Source: Mobula hypostoma
Lineage: Eukaryota
Direction: 5' to 3'
NCBI RefSeq assembly: GCF_963921235.1
Contig: NC_086107.1
Span: 96,474,001-96,538,000 of the forward strand
Length of the DNA: 64,000 nt
Part shown: piece after piece, positions 23,517-35,434 of the stretch
How positions within the stretch are numbered: position 1 is the stretch's first letter
Layout: every line of letters begins with the position of its first letter
Position numbers and translations under genes: made by a program
Notes under the pieces: model-generated
The model's input: the letters and a program-made list of their open reading frames with translations, nothing else
What the model was told of the DNA's origin: nothing
The model's database searches: none

Positions 23517-24051
23517 TGTTAGAGTGGATTTCTTTTTGGGTAGATGATTTGTTAACACTTAAATGACTTTGGCCACCAGACTTCTATTTTAACTGTTTGA
23601 CAAAGGACTGTGGATTGAGTCCACCACAATGGGCTTCCTAAAAGGTGTAAATACCAGATGCCGTAGTTTCGAAGACAGTCTTATCTATACATTATAAATA
23701 ATAATTGTCTTCTATGTTAGCATGTAAAATGCCAAATAGATGTATTGTGGATTGAACTAGAGGCTGTGGATACCAACACAGACATGTTGGCATCAGAAGG
23801 AAAGGGTGAAATCCGAAGGTGTGATGTTTGTATGTAACTTCAAAAGTAAGTATTGTCTGTAACTTTTTAAGTAGCGATTGCCTTTGTGTTTAGCATATAA
23901 ATATTGAGCCCACATTTTAGCTTGCAGACCTTTCTTTGGAAAGCGTCTCCATCCGTAAGATGCCTGCTGTACCTTGATGTGTCGAATAAAGAAGCTGCTT
24001 TGTATCTACCAGTGACTCTGTCTCTCCGGTAATTTCATCCACGCTACAACA
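23517..24051 (+). repeat. ERV 3' LTR (535 bp)
   Basis: TGTTAG..TACAACA, with TATAAA at ~23896 and AATAAA at ~23985. Confidence 0.92.
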
Positions 24052-24077
24052 AGCTCGGTCCCACAAAATGCTCCTAC

Positions 24078-24440
24078 AACATAGAAAACCTACAACACAA
24101 TACATAAAGCTGTGCCGAACATGTCCTTACCTTAGAACTACCCAGGGTTACCCATAACCCTCTATTTTTCCAAGCTCCATGTACCTATCCAGGAGTCTCT
24201 TAAAGGACCCTATTGTTTCTGTCTCCACCACTGTTGCCGGCAGCCCATTCCACACACTCACCACTCTCTGCGTAAAAAAACTTACCCCTGACATCTCCCA
24301 TGTATGTACTTCCAAGCACCTTAAAACTGTGCCCTCTTGTGCTAGCAATTTCAGCCCTGGGAAAAAGCCTCTGACTATCCACATGATCAATACCTTTCAT
24401 CATCTTATACACCTCTATCAGATCACCTCTCATCCTCCAT
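24078..24440 (-). mobile_element. CR1 3' end
   Basis: MRGDLIEVYKMMKG..FFTQRVVSVWNGLP. Confidence 0.9.
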
Positions 24441-25405
24441 GTTAGAGATTTCCAGTGTCGGTAGCTGTTGCTATGTGTGCTGGAAGTCTACTACAGCTCC
24501 TGCTTTTGAGATGGTGACGTGGGCTTACTGAGGACAAGATGATCTGTCTGGTTTCTTGACTCCATGAAATCTCTCTTGGTATCCCCTGCTGTTTTAATTC
24601 CTTCGCTAAACCGTAACTGGCTGCTAGTGCATCAGGCTTAATGCTAACAACAGGAATTCTGCAGATGCTGGAAGTTCAAGCAACACACATCAAAGATGCT
24701 GCCTGGCCTGCTGCGTTCATCAGTGTGTTGTCAGGCTTAATGCTGTTTCTTTTGTAAATGGGTTTTTAGCTCCTGGTCTTTGTGTTTGGCCCACACTGAG
24801 AACTGTAGACAGAGTAACCCACACATCCTGTCCTGGCTCCAGTCCCTGTTGATCAGGGTGGCTGCAACAATGCCGGCTACATTTTAAAATGGGTTGTGTG
24901 CTAACTCATCCATGTTAAATCTCACTTTCCTGAGCATATGACAGCCCCTGTCTCCTTTTGTATATCTACTCCCAGGGTAGTATTTTTCAAGTTTAAGTTC
25001 AGGTTTAATTCTCAGTCAACCACACACGTATACAGCTAAATGAAACAGTGTTTTTCCGGGGTCAAGGTCCAAAACACGGTATATACAGTCACACACAGCA
25101 AACAGCACATATAGTTACGGTAGCACATACAGTCACAATATAATATTAGCACAAGTCCCTGAGTGTTGTGACTTGAAGATTGATGGTGCAAGGACTGTTG
25201 TCCTAAAGCCACATTTCTGCAAGAACAGGTATGTAGCAGTTCCTTATCTCGCATTGTGTCAGCCGCAGATTAAGGCAATCCAGTTTGTCTTGCAGGGAGC
25301 GAACACTGGAGACCTGCAGTGATGGGAGGGCCAGGCTGTAGGGACTAGCCCCCAACCCAGCACAGATTCCAGTGCCCCCACAGCACCTCTGTTCTCTCCC
25401 ACACT

Positions 25406-26737
25406 GTTGGAAAAGATTCTTAGAGATAGGATCTCTGGGCATTTAGAGAATCATGGTCTGATCAGGGACAGTCAGCATGGCTTTGTGAAGGGCAGATCGT
25501 GTCTAACAAGCCTGATAGAGTTCTTTGAGGAGGTGACCAGGCATATAGATGAGGGTAGTGCAGTGGATATGATCTATATGGATTTTAGTAAGGCATTTGA
25601 CAAGGTTCCACATGGTAGGCTTATTCAGAAAGTCAGAAGGCATGAGATCCAGGGAAGTTTGGCCAGGTGGATTCAGAATTGGCTTGCCTGCAGAAGGCAG
25701 AGGGTGGTGGTGGAGGGAGTACATTCAGATTAGAGGATTGTGACTAGTGGTGTCCCACAAGGATCTTGTTCTGGGACCTCTACTTTTCATGATTTTGATT
25801 AACGACCTGGATGTGGGGGTAGAAGGGTGGGTTGGCAAGTTTGCAGACGACACAAAGGTTGGTGGTGTTGTAGATAGTGTAGAGGATTATCAAAGATTGC
25901 AGAGAGACATTGATAGGATGCAGAAGTGGGCTGAGAAGTGGCAGATGGAGTTCAACCAGGAGAAGTGTGAGGTGGTACACTTTGGAAGGACAAACTCCAA
26001 GGCAGAGTACAAAGTAAATGGCAGGATACTTGGTAGTGTGGAGGAGCAGAGGGATCTGGGGGTACATGTCCACAGATCCCTGAAAGTTGCCTCACAGGTG
26101 GATAGGGTAGTTAAGAAAGCTTATGGGGTGTTAGCTTTCATAAGTCGAGGGATAGAGTTTGAGTCGCGATGTAATGATGCAGCTCTATAAAACTCTGGTT
26201 AGGCCACACTTGGAGTACTGTGTCCAGTTCTGGTCACCTCACTATAGGAAGGATGTGGAAGCATTGGAAAGGGTACAGAGGAGATTTACCAGGATGCTGC
26301 CTAGTTTAGAGAGTATGCATTATGATCAGAGATTAGGGGAGCTAGGGCTTTACTCTTTGGAGAGAAGGAGGATGAGAGGAGACATGATAGAGGTGTACAA
26401 GATAATAAGAGGAATAGATAGAGTAGATAGCCAGCGCCTCTTCCCCAGGGCACCACTGCTCAATACAAGAGGACATGGCTTTAAGGTAAGGGGTGGGAAG
26501 TTCAAGGGGGATATTAGAGGAAGGTTTTTTACTCAGAGAGTGGTTCATGTGTGGAATGCACTGTCTGAGTCAGTGGTGGAGGCAGATACACTAGTGAAGT
26601 TTAAGAGACTACTGGACAGGTATATGGAGGAATTTAAGGTGGGGGGGGTTATATGGGAGGCAGGGTCTGAGGGTCAGCACAACATTGTGGGCCGAAGGGC
26701 CTGTACTGTGCTGTACTATTCTATGTTTTATGTTCTG
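25406..26737 (+). mobile_element. Young 5'-truncated CR1, nearly identical to the inverted copy at 11337-12665
   Basis: ORFs 25407-25733, 25747-26190 and 26159-26755 match the peptides of 11400-12737 almost exactly. Confidence 0.96.
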
Positions 26738-27414
26738 TGTTCATACTGCAACTAGCGCCTCTTCCTCTGGGTAGCTGTGACTGACGACCCTGCAGTATGA
26801 GGGCCTGGTCCATGCAAACGATGAGGCCAAGAGACTCACCAATGGACGATTTGCAGTACTTTATATTACCTGTGTTGGATTACAGGAAAACATTTGCACC
26901 CAGAGAGGCTGCAGCAACCAAGCACACCACCATCTTAATTTTGCAGTCAGTGTCAGGTGCTGGTTGGGTCTGAAAGGGAGCTGCTGCTGTCAGGTGTTGT
27001 TAGGTACCAACCTGACTTACACTGCCGGCTGTAACCTTTCCCTCAGAACTTCGATTATTCATTCCCAAATGTTGAATATTCCGACACTAATGGCCCTCTC
27101 GGGTCAGTTTTCAAAGGTCATGCGCGCGCACACACACACAGAGTGTGGTGTCCACACACCCTCAGAATCCCGAATGGCCCCTCCCACTCTGGGCATTCCC
27201 AGCAGCCAGACTACACTAACGCGTGTGCCCCAACCTCAGAGTCGAGCTGGTTAATTTGCACGAGTACATGTACATATTGATGCAATGCAAACTTTAATGG
27301 CAGCAGCATCACAGACACAAGTAAAATATAAACATTAATTCTACAACATTTTACAGGAAGTGCGCAATTAGAACAAATAAAACAAAGTCCATTGTCGTGC
27401 AAAGTTGGGCTTTG

Positions 27415-27700
27415 GGTGGCGTGGTACTTAGTGGCTGGCATAACGATTCACAGTGCCAGTGATTGGGGTTCCATTCCTGGTGCTGCCTGTAAGGAGTTAG
27501 TACATTCTCTCCTGTCACAACGTGGGTTTCCTCTGGGTGCTCTGGTTTCCTCCCACATTCCAAGGACGTTCGGATTAGTAAGCTGTGGACATGCTATGCT
27601 GGCATGGCAACACTTGCGGGCTGCCTCCATCACATCCTGCATCCTCGCACTGTTAGTTGTTGATTCATTGTATGTTTCGATGTACCTGTGACAAATAATG
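27415..27700 (+). mobile_element. tRNA-derived V-SINE (HE1-like); further copies at ~37668-37965(+), ~39705-40310(+), ~46760-47020(+), ~50760-50900(-)
   Basis: V-domain gtgggtttcctc(c/t)gggtgctc(c/t)ggtttcctcccaca after a decayed A/B-box head. Confidence 0.8.
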
Positions 27701-28184
27701 CTAATCAAATCTTACAGCGACGTTGGATCAGTTGGGTGTGTGACGGAAAAGCGTGGCCTCATCCTTTGTGTTCTATGCATGGGGTTTTGTCGTCAAGTCC
27801 CATGCTTGATATTTGGTCCCCAGTTAATGGTTGTTTCAGATATTAAACAGAGTTTTAAAAACAGAATAACCAAAGTAAACCTTATTTATAATAAAAATAT
27901 TCTCACAAGTGCACCAAGCAATGCCTTTTCATTCTCTACACTGATAGTCAATGCTTTCAGCCCTGTTCTATTACATTCCTACACATCCATTGCACTGATC
28001 CCACTCATGTCCCCCCCCCAGGGATAGTATACAACTGCAATAATGAATGGGCTTCCTCCCCCAACCAGGCCCCTCCCTCTCCAATAGAAGACATCCCCTA
28101 CACTGTGGTCCCTCCCCACCGAGCCCTTGCACCAAGCTTCACCGCGTCCCTCGGCAGGTACTCCTGCAGCGTGGGACTTGTTAC

Positions 28185-29579
28185 ACATTTTAATTCCACG
28201 TCCCATTCCCATTCTGATATGTCAATCCATGGCCTCCTCTACTGTAAGGATGAAGCCACACTGTTACATAACCGTCAACAATGAATATCAATTGAGATAG
28301 GTTATATAAAAACAACCAAACATTTATTAAACACGGATAAACGATAAGGTAAAAAAAACAAATGAAAACTTTAACCGGAAGTTATCCGCTATGCAGCCAT
28401 TCAACAAATCAACACTCGGCACTGATTCTTAAAGAGTTAAATGCAAAAACAGTTCTTAAAGATATAGTTCTTAAAATGGTAAATTCGAAAGTCCAACAGA
28501 TTTACACGTTCAATTGGGAGAGACTTCTCTGGAGAAGGATTTCTTCACAGACGTAACTTTCCAGCTGGTTCTGTCCACAGGATTCACGATGCCGAAAATA
28601 AGCAGTTTAAAACAACTGACCTTAAATTCTTTTAGAGAGAGAGAGCAAACCGTTGCATGAACTCCTTGCTCTTTTTGGCAAGAGTTATCCTCGATGCAGG
28701 TTGCTACTCCGCCAACGAAGACTCAATAAGGTTGATCCTTTGTTAAACTGCCAAACGATGCTGACTCCTCTCGATCCTTCGATCCTGCACTTCGATAAAT
28801 TCTTCACTCTCCCTTCTACTGTTGGAATTGAGTAAATCAACACATCTAGCCAAAAATTTCCAGTCGAATAATACCGTATTTTGCAATAGAATGCAATACT
28901 CCATTTTAAAAATGAAACTGTATCACAAGAACAAACATGCAACAGAAACGGAGACACAGCACATTCTACCTGGAAATCTACAAACTAAAAAAACCCTACT
29001 GCGTCACCTGGGTTGACCCTTATATACCCGTGGTGCACATGTCATCACGTGACCTCACATCAGCGGGAAAATCACATCAGGTGACCTCCAAGAGACCATT
29101 ACATCATTCTTGCAAAAAAACAGATCTCCTTGAGCATGTAACCACACTCAGGTTGGAGGAACAACATCTTATATTCCGTCTGGGTAGCCTCCACCCTGAT
29201 GGCATGAACATTGACTTCTCAAACTTCTGCTAACACCCCTCCTCCCCTTCTTACCCCATCCCCTATTTGAATTATTTATTCATTTATTCTGCCCCCGCCT
29301 TTTTTCTCTCTCTCTTTCCCTCTCACAATCACTCCTTGCCTGCTCGCCATCTTCCTTTGGTGCTCCCCTCTCCCTTTCTTTCTCCCGTGTCTCCAGCTTT
29401 GTTTCCCTTTTGCCAATCAACTTTCCAGCTCTTAGCTTTATCTCTCCCCCTCCTGTCTTCTCCTATCATTTTGGATCTCCCCCCCCCCACCTTTCAAATC
29501 TCTTACTATCTCTTCTTTCAGTTAGTCCTGACGAAGGGTATTGGCCCGAAACGTTGACTGTACCTCTTCCTAGAGATGC
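28185..29579 (+). mobile_element. Penelope 3' fragment split by a solo LTR; hammerhead at 29524-29559
   Basis: THFNSTSHSHSDMS..DEAT|LRLEEQHLIFRLGSLHPDGMN. AGTC-CTGACGA-AGGGTATTGGCCC-GAAA-CGTT-GACT. Confidence 0.88.
28262..29143 (-). mobile_element. Solo LTR (~880 bp) with terminal inverted repeats TGTTACAT/ATGTAAC and TSD (C)ACAC
   Basis: Cleanly interrupts the Penelope sequence gaagccacac|tcagg. Minus-strand TATATAA at ~29020 and AATAAA at ~28323. Confidence 0.8.
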
Positions 29580-30060
29580 ATTGTTCCACCAATCGTCTGG
29601 GCGGGGGTGAAGGCTATCGGCGCAAGGAGATACATTCAACCGGCCATCTCCTTCAGACCACGCAGTCAGTGCCTCCTGAGCAATGCCTCACCGGATGCCT
29701 CCCGCGTTTACCCCTCACATGCCTGCTACTTTCATTTCCCCAACCCTTCTGCTATGTCCTGATGCCCCAAATGTCGACTGCTTCTTTTTCCTTCCATGAA
29801 TGTTGCCTTACCTGCTGAGTTCCTGCTCGGAGTCTGTTGATCCAGGTTTCAGTGTGTTTTGTGTCTGCATTATCTATTATTGATTCTGCAATGTTGGTGG
29901 AAATTGGAATTCTATGTTGTGTTTAATCAGCCTGATCCGCGTGTTACGATTAATTCTATAATGAGACCGATGTTCAGTGGAACTTCTGTCACTTTTGCTT
30001 GTGTGTTAACGGCGACCTCTGCTGGTGACGAATGCCAAACCGCACCTTGTCTTCCTCTGT

Positions 30061-30465
30061 GTGATGATGGAGACATCTATTGGTGGAAATATGAACTGCA
30101 CATTGCGTTTGTCTTTGTGCTGATGGGGACATCTATTGGTGGAAATGTGAACTGCATGTTGCGTTTGTCTTCGTGATGACGGGGACATCTATTGGTGGAA
30201 ATGTGAACTGCACATTGCGATTGTCATTGTGATGACGGGGACATCTATTGGTGGAAATGTGAACTGCATGTTGCGTTTGTCTTCGTGATGACGGGGACAT
30301 CTATTGGTGGAAATTTGAACTGCACGTTGCGTTTGTCTTCGTGATGACGGGGACATCTATTGGTGGAAATTTGAACTGCACGTTGCGTTTGTCTTCGTGA
30401 TGACGGCGACATCTATTCTTTGTGATGATGGAGACACCGGTTGGTGGAATGTGCAACTGCAATTC
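30061..30465. repeat. 56-bp minisatellite, about 6.5 good copies plus degenerate flanking units
   Basis: Unit gtgatgacggggacatctattggtggaaat(g/t)tgaactgcacgttgcgtttgtcttc. Confidence 0.95.
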
Positions 30466-31611
30466 ATTCTTACTCGTGTTCACAGGGACATCTTTTGGGA
30501 TCAACTGGAAAGGCATCTTGCTGTTGATAGCATTTATCGTGATATCTGTTGGGATACAGTGAAACTATGGGTGTGTTTGACCATCACACAGGAGAATATA
30601 GAAAGTAGTCTATGCCTTTGTTTCTTCCACAAAAGTGCACGATGAAACACTTTCCCTTTAGTATTGTGACAGGGTCTTGAATTACCCCTATGAATTGTGT
30701 TCGATTACCCCTACGAACTGTGCTTTTGAAAAGAGAGAGAGAGAGTTATTTAACACCAACATGTGTTTTTGAAAAGAGAGAGTGAGAGAGACGAAGACTG
30801 CTCACAGATTGTTTATACTTTCTTCAAGGACATCGCCTGCTTGTACTCTTCCACAGACAGAGATGGGTGGAGTTATTTGAGAGACAGTTGGTGCTCAGCA
30901 TGGGAAGATAAAATAGGAGATCAGATAATATAGATGTCAGGCACATGTTTTGGACACTGAATGAGCTTTGTTGTTCCCGCAGGAAAAGTGGGTTTTTGGA
31001 GCATCGATCAGGCAGATGGATCAGTGGCTCTTGCAGTGAAAAGGAAAGGGGTTGACCGGTGGGGAGTTGTTCATGTGTCCACCCTTGCCTGGGTGATAGC
31101 TTCACCACAGAAGACTGGTCCCCTTTGTTGTGGCCACAGTCGGTGACTTTTAGAAGATTTCAGAGGACGAGAAGATTGACGGCGTCAGCTCACCTGAAGA
31201 CTCAAATCTCCCCCTCTCTCTCTCTCTCCCCATCACTACTCAACTCAATACCACGAACTGAACTGAACTGAACTTTACTCATCATCGTAAGACTGTATCT
31301 TTTTACCCGTAGACTTAAGGAAGCTTGGTTTTTCATACATTTATTTCCACACTTACTGATATACTTACTTATACATATAAAATCATTGCTAACCTGTTTG
31401 ATTTATCTACATTTATATTACTGTATTGCATAGTTACTAATAAATATTATTAGTTAATAGCAATACTGGACTCCAAAGTGTTTTCTATTTCTGCTGGTTC
31501 TTTATTCCCGTCACGAGGTATGTGACAAAATTGGGGCCTGCGTCCGTGATTGAACAAATTGTGGGAGGCTTGTTTGAATTGATTGGGGAAAATCCCTTTT
31601 GATTTGGTTGT

Positions 31612-32265
31612 GTGGAAATACAGCAGAAAAGGACGTTAGTGTTGAGGAGTTTCTGTTGGAACCAACCTGGGGAAGCGTTGGATGATGCTACGAGGGTTGT
31701 GCTGTTGGGAATTGCTCAGAAGGTAAGACTAAAGGTGACCAGTATAATGAGGAGAGCTCAGATACAGACGATAATAGCCCAGCGTTATATAGATAAGGGA
31801 ATGTTTGATGAGGAGGCGTTAGAGTTGTTTTTTGGAAGGAAACCTACTGAGGCTGAGGTTCAGTTGAAATTGCAATTGGAATTAAAACAGCTCGAGGCTG
31901 TTGAAGCAGAAAAGAGGAGGGTCCGTGAGGCTAGAGAGGCAGACAAACAGAGGGAAGAGGCAGAAAGACAGAGACAGTTTAAAAGGACGATGTGGCAGCT
32001 GAGAGGTTTAGTGTCGGACCCTGATGATTTTTACAGCTCAGAAGGGCTTGTTTTGTGTGATGAATTTAAAAGTTGTTTTCCTGATGATGTAAGGGCATAC
32101 CCAGATGCAGAGGATGCCACCACCCTGTGGCGGTCTGCTAAGAAAGCAGACAAAATTGTTTTAACCCACGAGCTCGAGTTTACTCCAGATGAGAGTTTGC
32201 CAGAGAATGGTTGGGAGGTCCGAGTGACCTTGAATGTGAAACTGGGACAAGTGATGACAGCCTAG
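31612..32265 (+). pseudogene. gag: Gmr1-like gag remnant
   Basis: Coiled-coil E/R/Q-rich region, then LVLCDEFKSCFPDDVRAY..TLWRSAKKADKIVLTH (capsid/SCAN-like). Confidence 0.7.
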
Positions 32266-33161
32266 AAGAGGCAGCTGTCCCGATTGCCTGTGTTCAGGTT
32301 GTTGAAGTACCTGTGAGTTCACAGGATTCTGAACCTTGTGTTGAGACTCAGTTAAAATCTGAGGTGTCTGACTTGGTTGAAAAGAAATGCATTTTTTTTT
32401 GTGTCAGATGATCTTGGTTCAGTGAATAAGGGGTTAACTTTGGTACCAGTGGAATGTGAGGATTCTCAGTCACTTGTATTAGACAGTGTTTTAAAAGTTA
32501 GTGCTGAGATGGAAATTGGTGATGTCAGTGTTGCTGAAAATAATGGGAAAAGTGCTGTTTCTGGACTTTTGGGTAAAATGCTGGGAAAGGTTGGATTGAT
32601 TGTGCAACCTTTGACCCTGCTTGCAGGACCGAGGCCTGCTGAGAAAGGATGTGCTACTCTGTGGAATTTTGTTTGGACACGTGGAAGTACACACCTGCAA
32701 GGTCATGCTGTTATTCAGTGTGATGTTATGGAAGCAAGTCGAAGTGAAGGTTGTAATCAGAGGGAAGGATTGTTTGGTCTCTTCCATAATGTATACATGG
32801 TTCTTATAAGCCTGGTGATGGTGCTAAGCTTAGTAAACAATGGAGGCATGTTGACACCTCTCCAAGGTAAGGTTGGTATGGCTGTTCAGCTGACGAGCAG
32901 AGCTGCTGTTGAGGCCTATGACAGCAAAACCAGAGGTTTAAATTATGATGATGTGTCACAGAATTTTCTACCTTCCAGATTTCGGCAGGACTTAGAGGGT
33001 AGTAAGGCTGATGAGAGTAAGGTGTATGAAAAAGACTTGTCCTTATTGAGGAAGGAATTTATAGAGGAACAGAAGCGAGATTCTGGAATGGTGGCTTTAA
33101 AGGAGAAAGCTCTCACGGGAGAGGAGGCTCAGAGTCAGTAGGGTATTATCTTAAAGATGGG

Positions 33162-34064
33162 ATGTTAATGAGGAATTGGAGACCAGCCACTGTGCCTGCA
33201 AGTCACGTGGTGGTTTTGAAAGTTTACAGGGCTGAAATTTTAAACATGGCTTACAGTAGGCCTTTAGGTGGACCTCATGGAGTGAGAAAGACAGTGAACA
33301 GGATTATGAAGGAATTTTACTGGCCTAGTTTAAGAAAGGATGTTGTGAATTGTTACAGGCCTGGCCATATCTGTCAAGTTGAGGGGAAATTTAATCAGGT
33401 TATTCAAGTCACACTACTTAAACCGATACCTGCTTTTAGTGAACCTTTTCCTAGGGTCATAGTGGGTTGTGTAGGCCCAATGCCAAAGACTGCAGCTGGT
33501 CATCAGTATGTGTTAACAATTGTGTGTGCTGTGTCTAGGTCCCCTGAAGCAGTGTCTTTTGAAAACACTGAGGCCAAGACTATGGTAACAGCATTCAGTA
33601 AGTTTTACACACTGGTAGGTCTGCCCAAGGAAATTCAATTTGACCAGGGCAGTAGCTTTACTTCGAGAACATTCCAGGGGATAGTTAGAGAATTGGAAGC
33701 TAGGCACATGCTTCCATCTGCATATCACCCAGAGTCCAAGGGAGCCTTGGAACGGTTCAACTCAACTCTCAAGACCACGATTAAAGCATATGGGGTGAGA
33801 AATGGGAAAAATTGGGATGAGGGGGTTCCCCTCTTCTTATTTATTGTTGGAGATTCGATTCAGAAGGCATTGGAGGGTAGTTTGTTGGAACCTATGATCA
33901 GTTACAGGCCAAAAGGACCTTTGACCCTACCCTACTCAGAGAACTATGGTCTGATTTGGAAACATGTGTCAGTGTGCTTAATTATGTTTCAGAACTCTGG
34001 AAGGGATTTAATAGGATTTATGACCTTGCCCAGGGAAGTTTACAAAATGTTTGAATTAAAATAA
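33162..34064 (+). pseudogene. int: Integrase (upstream of RT)
   Basis: GGPHGVRKTVNRIMKEFYWPSLRKDV..CHICQ-like Zn finger; GLPKEIQFDQGSSFTS; AYHPESKGALERFNSTLK. Confidence 0.9.
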
Positions 34065-34304
34065 AACACTTGTTTGCTAGAATTACAGCTGGGAGAATTG
34101 TTGCGGAACAAAATGGAGTCGTGGAATCTGATAATGGGATGGAAAAACATGTTTACCCACTGAATCTAGTCTCACCAAGATGTCAGAACTCCACGGTTTT
34201 GAAAATATTACTGATAAGGTCCATCAGTTGGACCCTACACCGCAAAAACAAGTGAAAGAACTAATGGGCAAGCATAAAGATTTATGTTCTGACATTCTGA
34301 AGCA

Positions 34305-35434
34305 GTGCACAGGTCAGTGCATCATGTCAGTATAAATTCAGCCCAGCCCATGAAACAGCATCTTCACAGAGAGAACTTTGAGAAGAGTAAAATGGTTGAA
34401 ATTAGAAACAAGAAAGAACAAGGAAAGAGAATGGATGACTGTATTGATAAAGTGGGGAAGGATAAATACCTTATAAAGATTGACTTGTTAAAAGGATACT
34501 GGAGTGTTCCTTTAACAGAGAGGGCTAAAGACATATCAGCATTTGTGACATCATCTAGACTATATGAATACAATGTTTTACCCTTCGGGGTGAAAAATGC
34601 TCCAGGGACATTTCAAAGAATGATCAATTCTGTGATTGGAGGTTTAGGAAACACAGGGGCTTATATCAATGATTTAGTGCTCTGGAATGACACGTGGGAA
34701 GAGCATATTGCAACTGTAGAAAAACAGTTTGATAGATTTTCCAAGGCCAATCTTACTGTGAACCTCGCTAAAAGTGAGTTTGGTCATGCTACTGTTATTT
34801 ACCTTGGCTATGTGGTAGGCCAGGGCCAACTGGTTCCTGTAGAGGCCAAGCTTCAAGCTATTGCTGAGGCTCCTGTTTTGGCCTGCAAGGACGCTTTGAG
34901 AAGGTTTTGAGGAATGGTTGGGTATTATCGTAAGTTTTGTAAGAACTTTACTGACGTCGCTCTCCCCCTAACAAAACTCCTGGGGAAGAGTGAAAGATTT
35001 GCACGGAATGACCTTTGCCAGGAGGCATTTGAACGTCTGAAAACCATCCTGTGCTCAAAGCATCTGAATTTTCCAAGCCATTTTCTATAGCAACAGACTC
35101 TAGTGATGAAGCTGCTGGGGCTGTACTGTTACAGAAGGGAGTGGATGACATTGAACACCCAGTAGCCTATTTCTCAAAGAAATTTAATGTGCACCAGAAA
35201 AATTATTCAACTGTTGAACAGGAATTGCTAGTACTTATTCTGGTTTTACAACATTTTAAGGTCTTTGTTCAGAGACCTCAAAATCTGTCTGTTGTCCAGA
35301 GACCACTTGTGGTTTACATGGATCATAATCTGTTGGTGTTTCTAACTAAGATGAGGGATAAGAATAGAAGGGTGTTAAATTGGAATCTGATAATGCAAGA
35401 ATGTGACTTAAGAATCAAACGTGAAAAATACTGA
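34305..35434 (+). pseudogene. pol: Reverse transcriptase and RNase H of the Gmr1-like element
   Basis: KIDLLKGYWSVPL..LPFGVKNAPGTFQR..AYINDLVL (YIDD mutated); PFSIATDSSDEAAGAVLLQ..HPVAYFSKKF. Confidence 0.92.

Larger units (their letters stand above)
19839..24051 (+). mobile_element. Endogenous retrovirus, internally deleted (gag-pro, remnants of RT and IN, no recognisable env), TSD AGCTC
   Basis: TG..CA LTRs at 19839-19938 and 23517-24051. TSD at 19834-19838 and 24052-24056. PBS, PPT (aagaggagggac), gag/pro/IN motifs. Confidence 0.93.

Noticed and set aside
30061..30465. CRISPR-like array or C/D snoRNA cluster
   Set aside because: Head-to-tail units with no unique spacers, no cas genes and a eukaryotic context. 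The TGATGA-like word lacks a paired D box and terminal stem.
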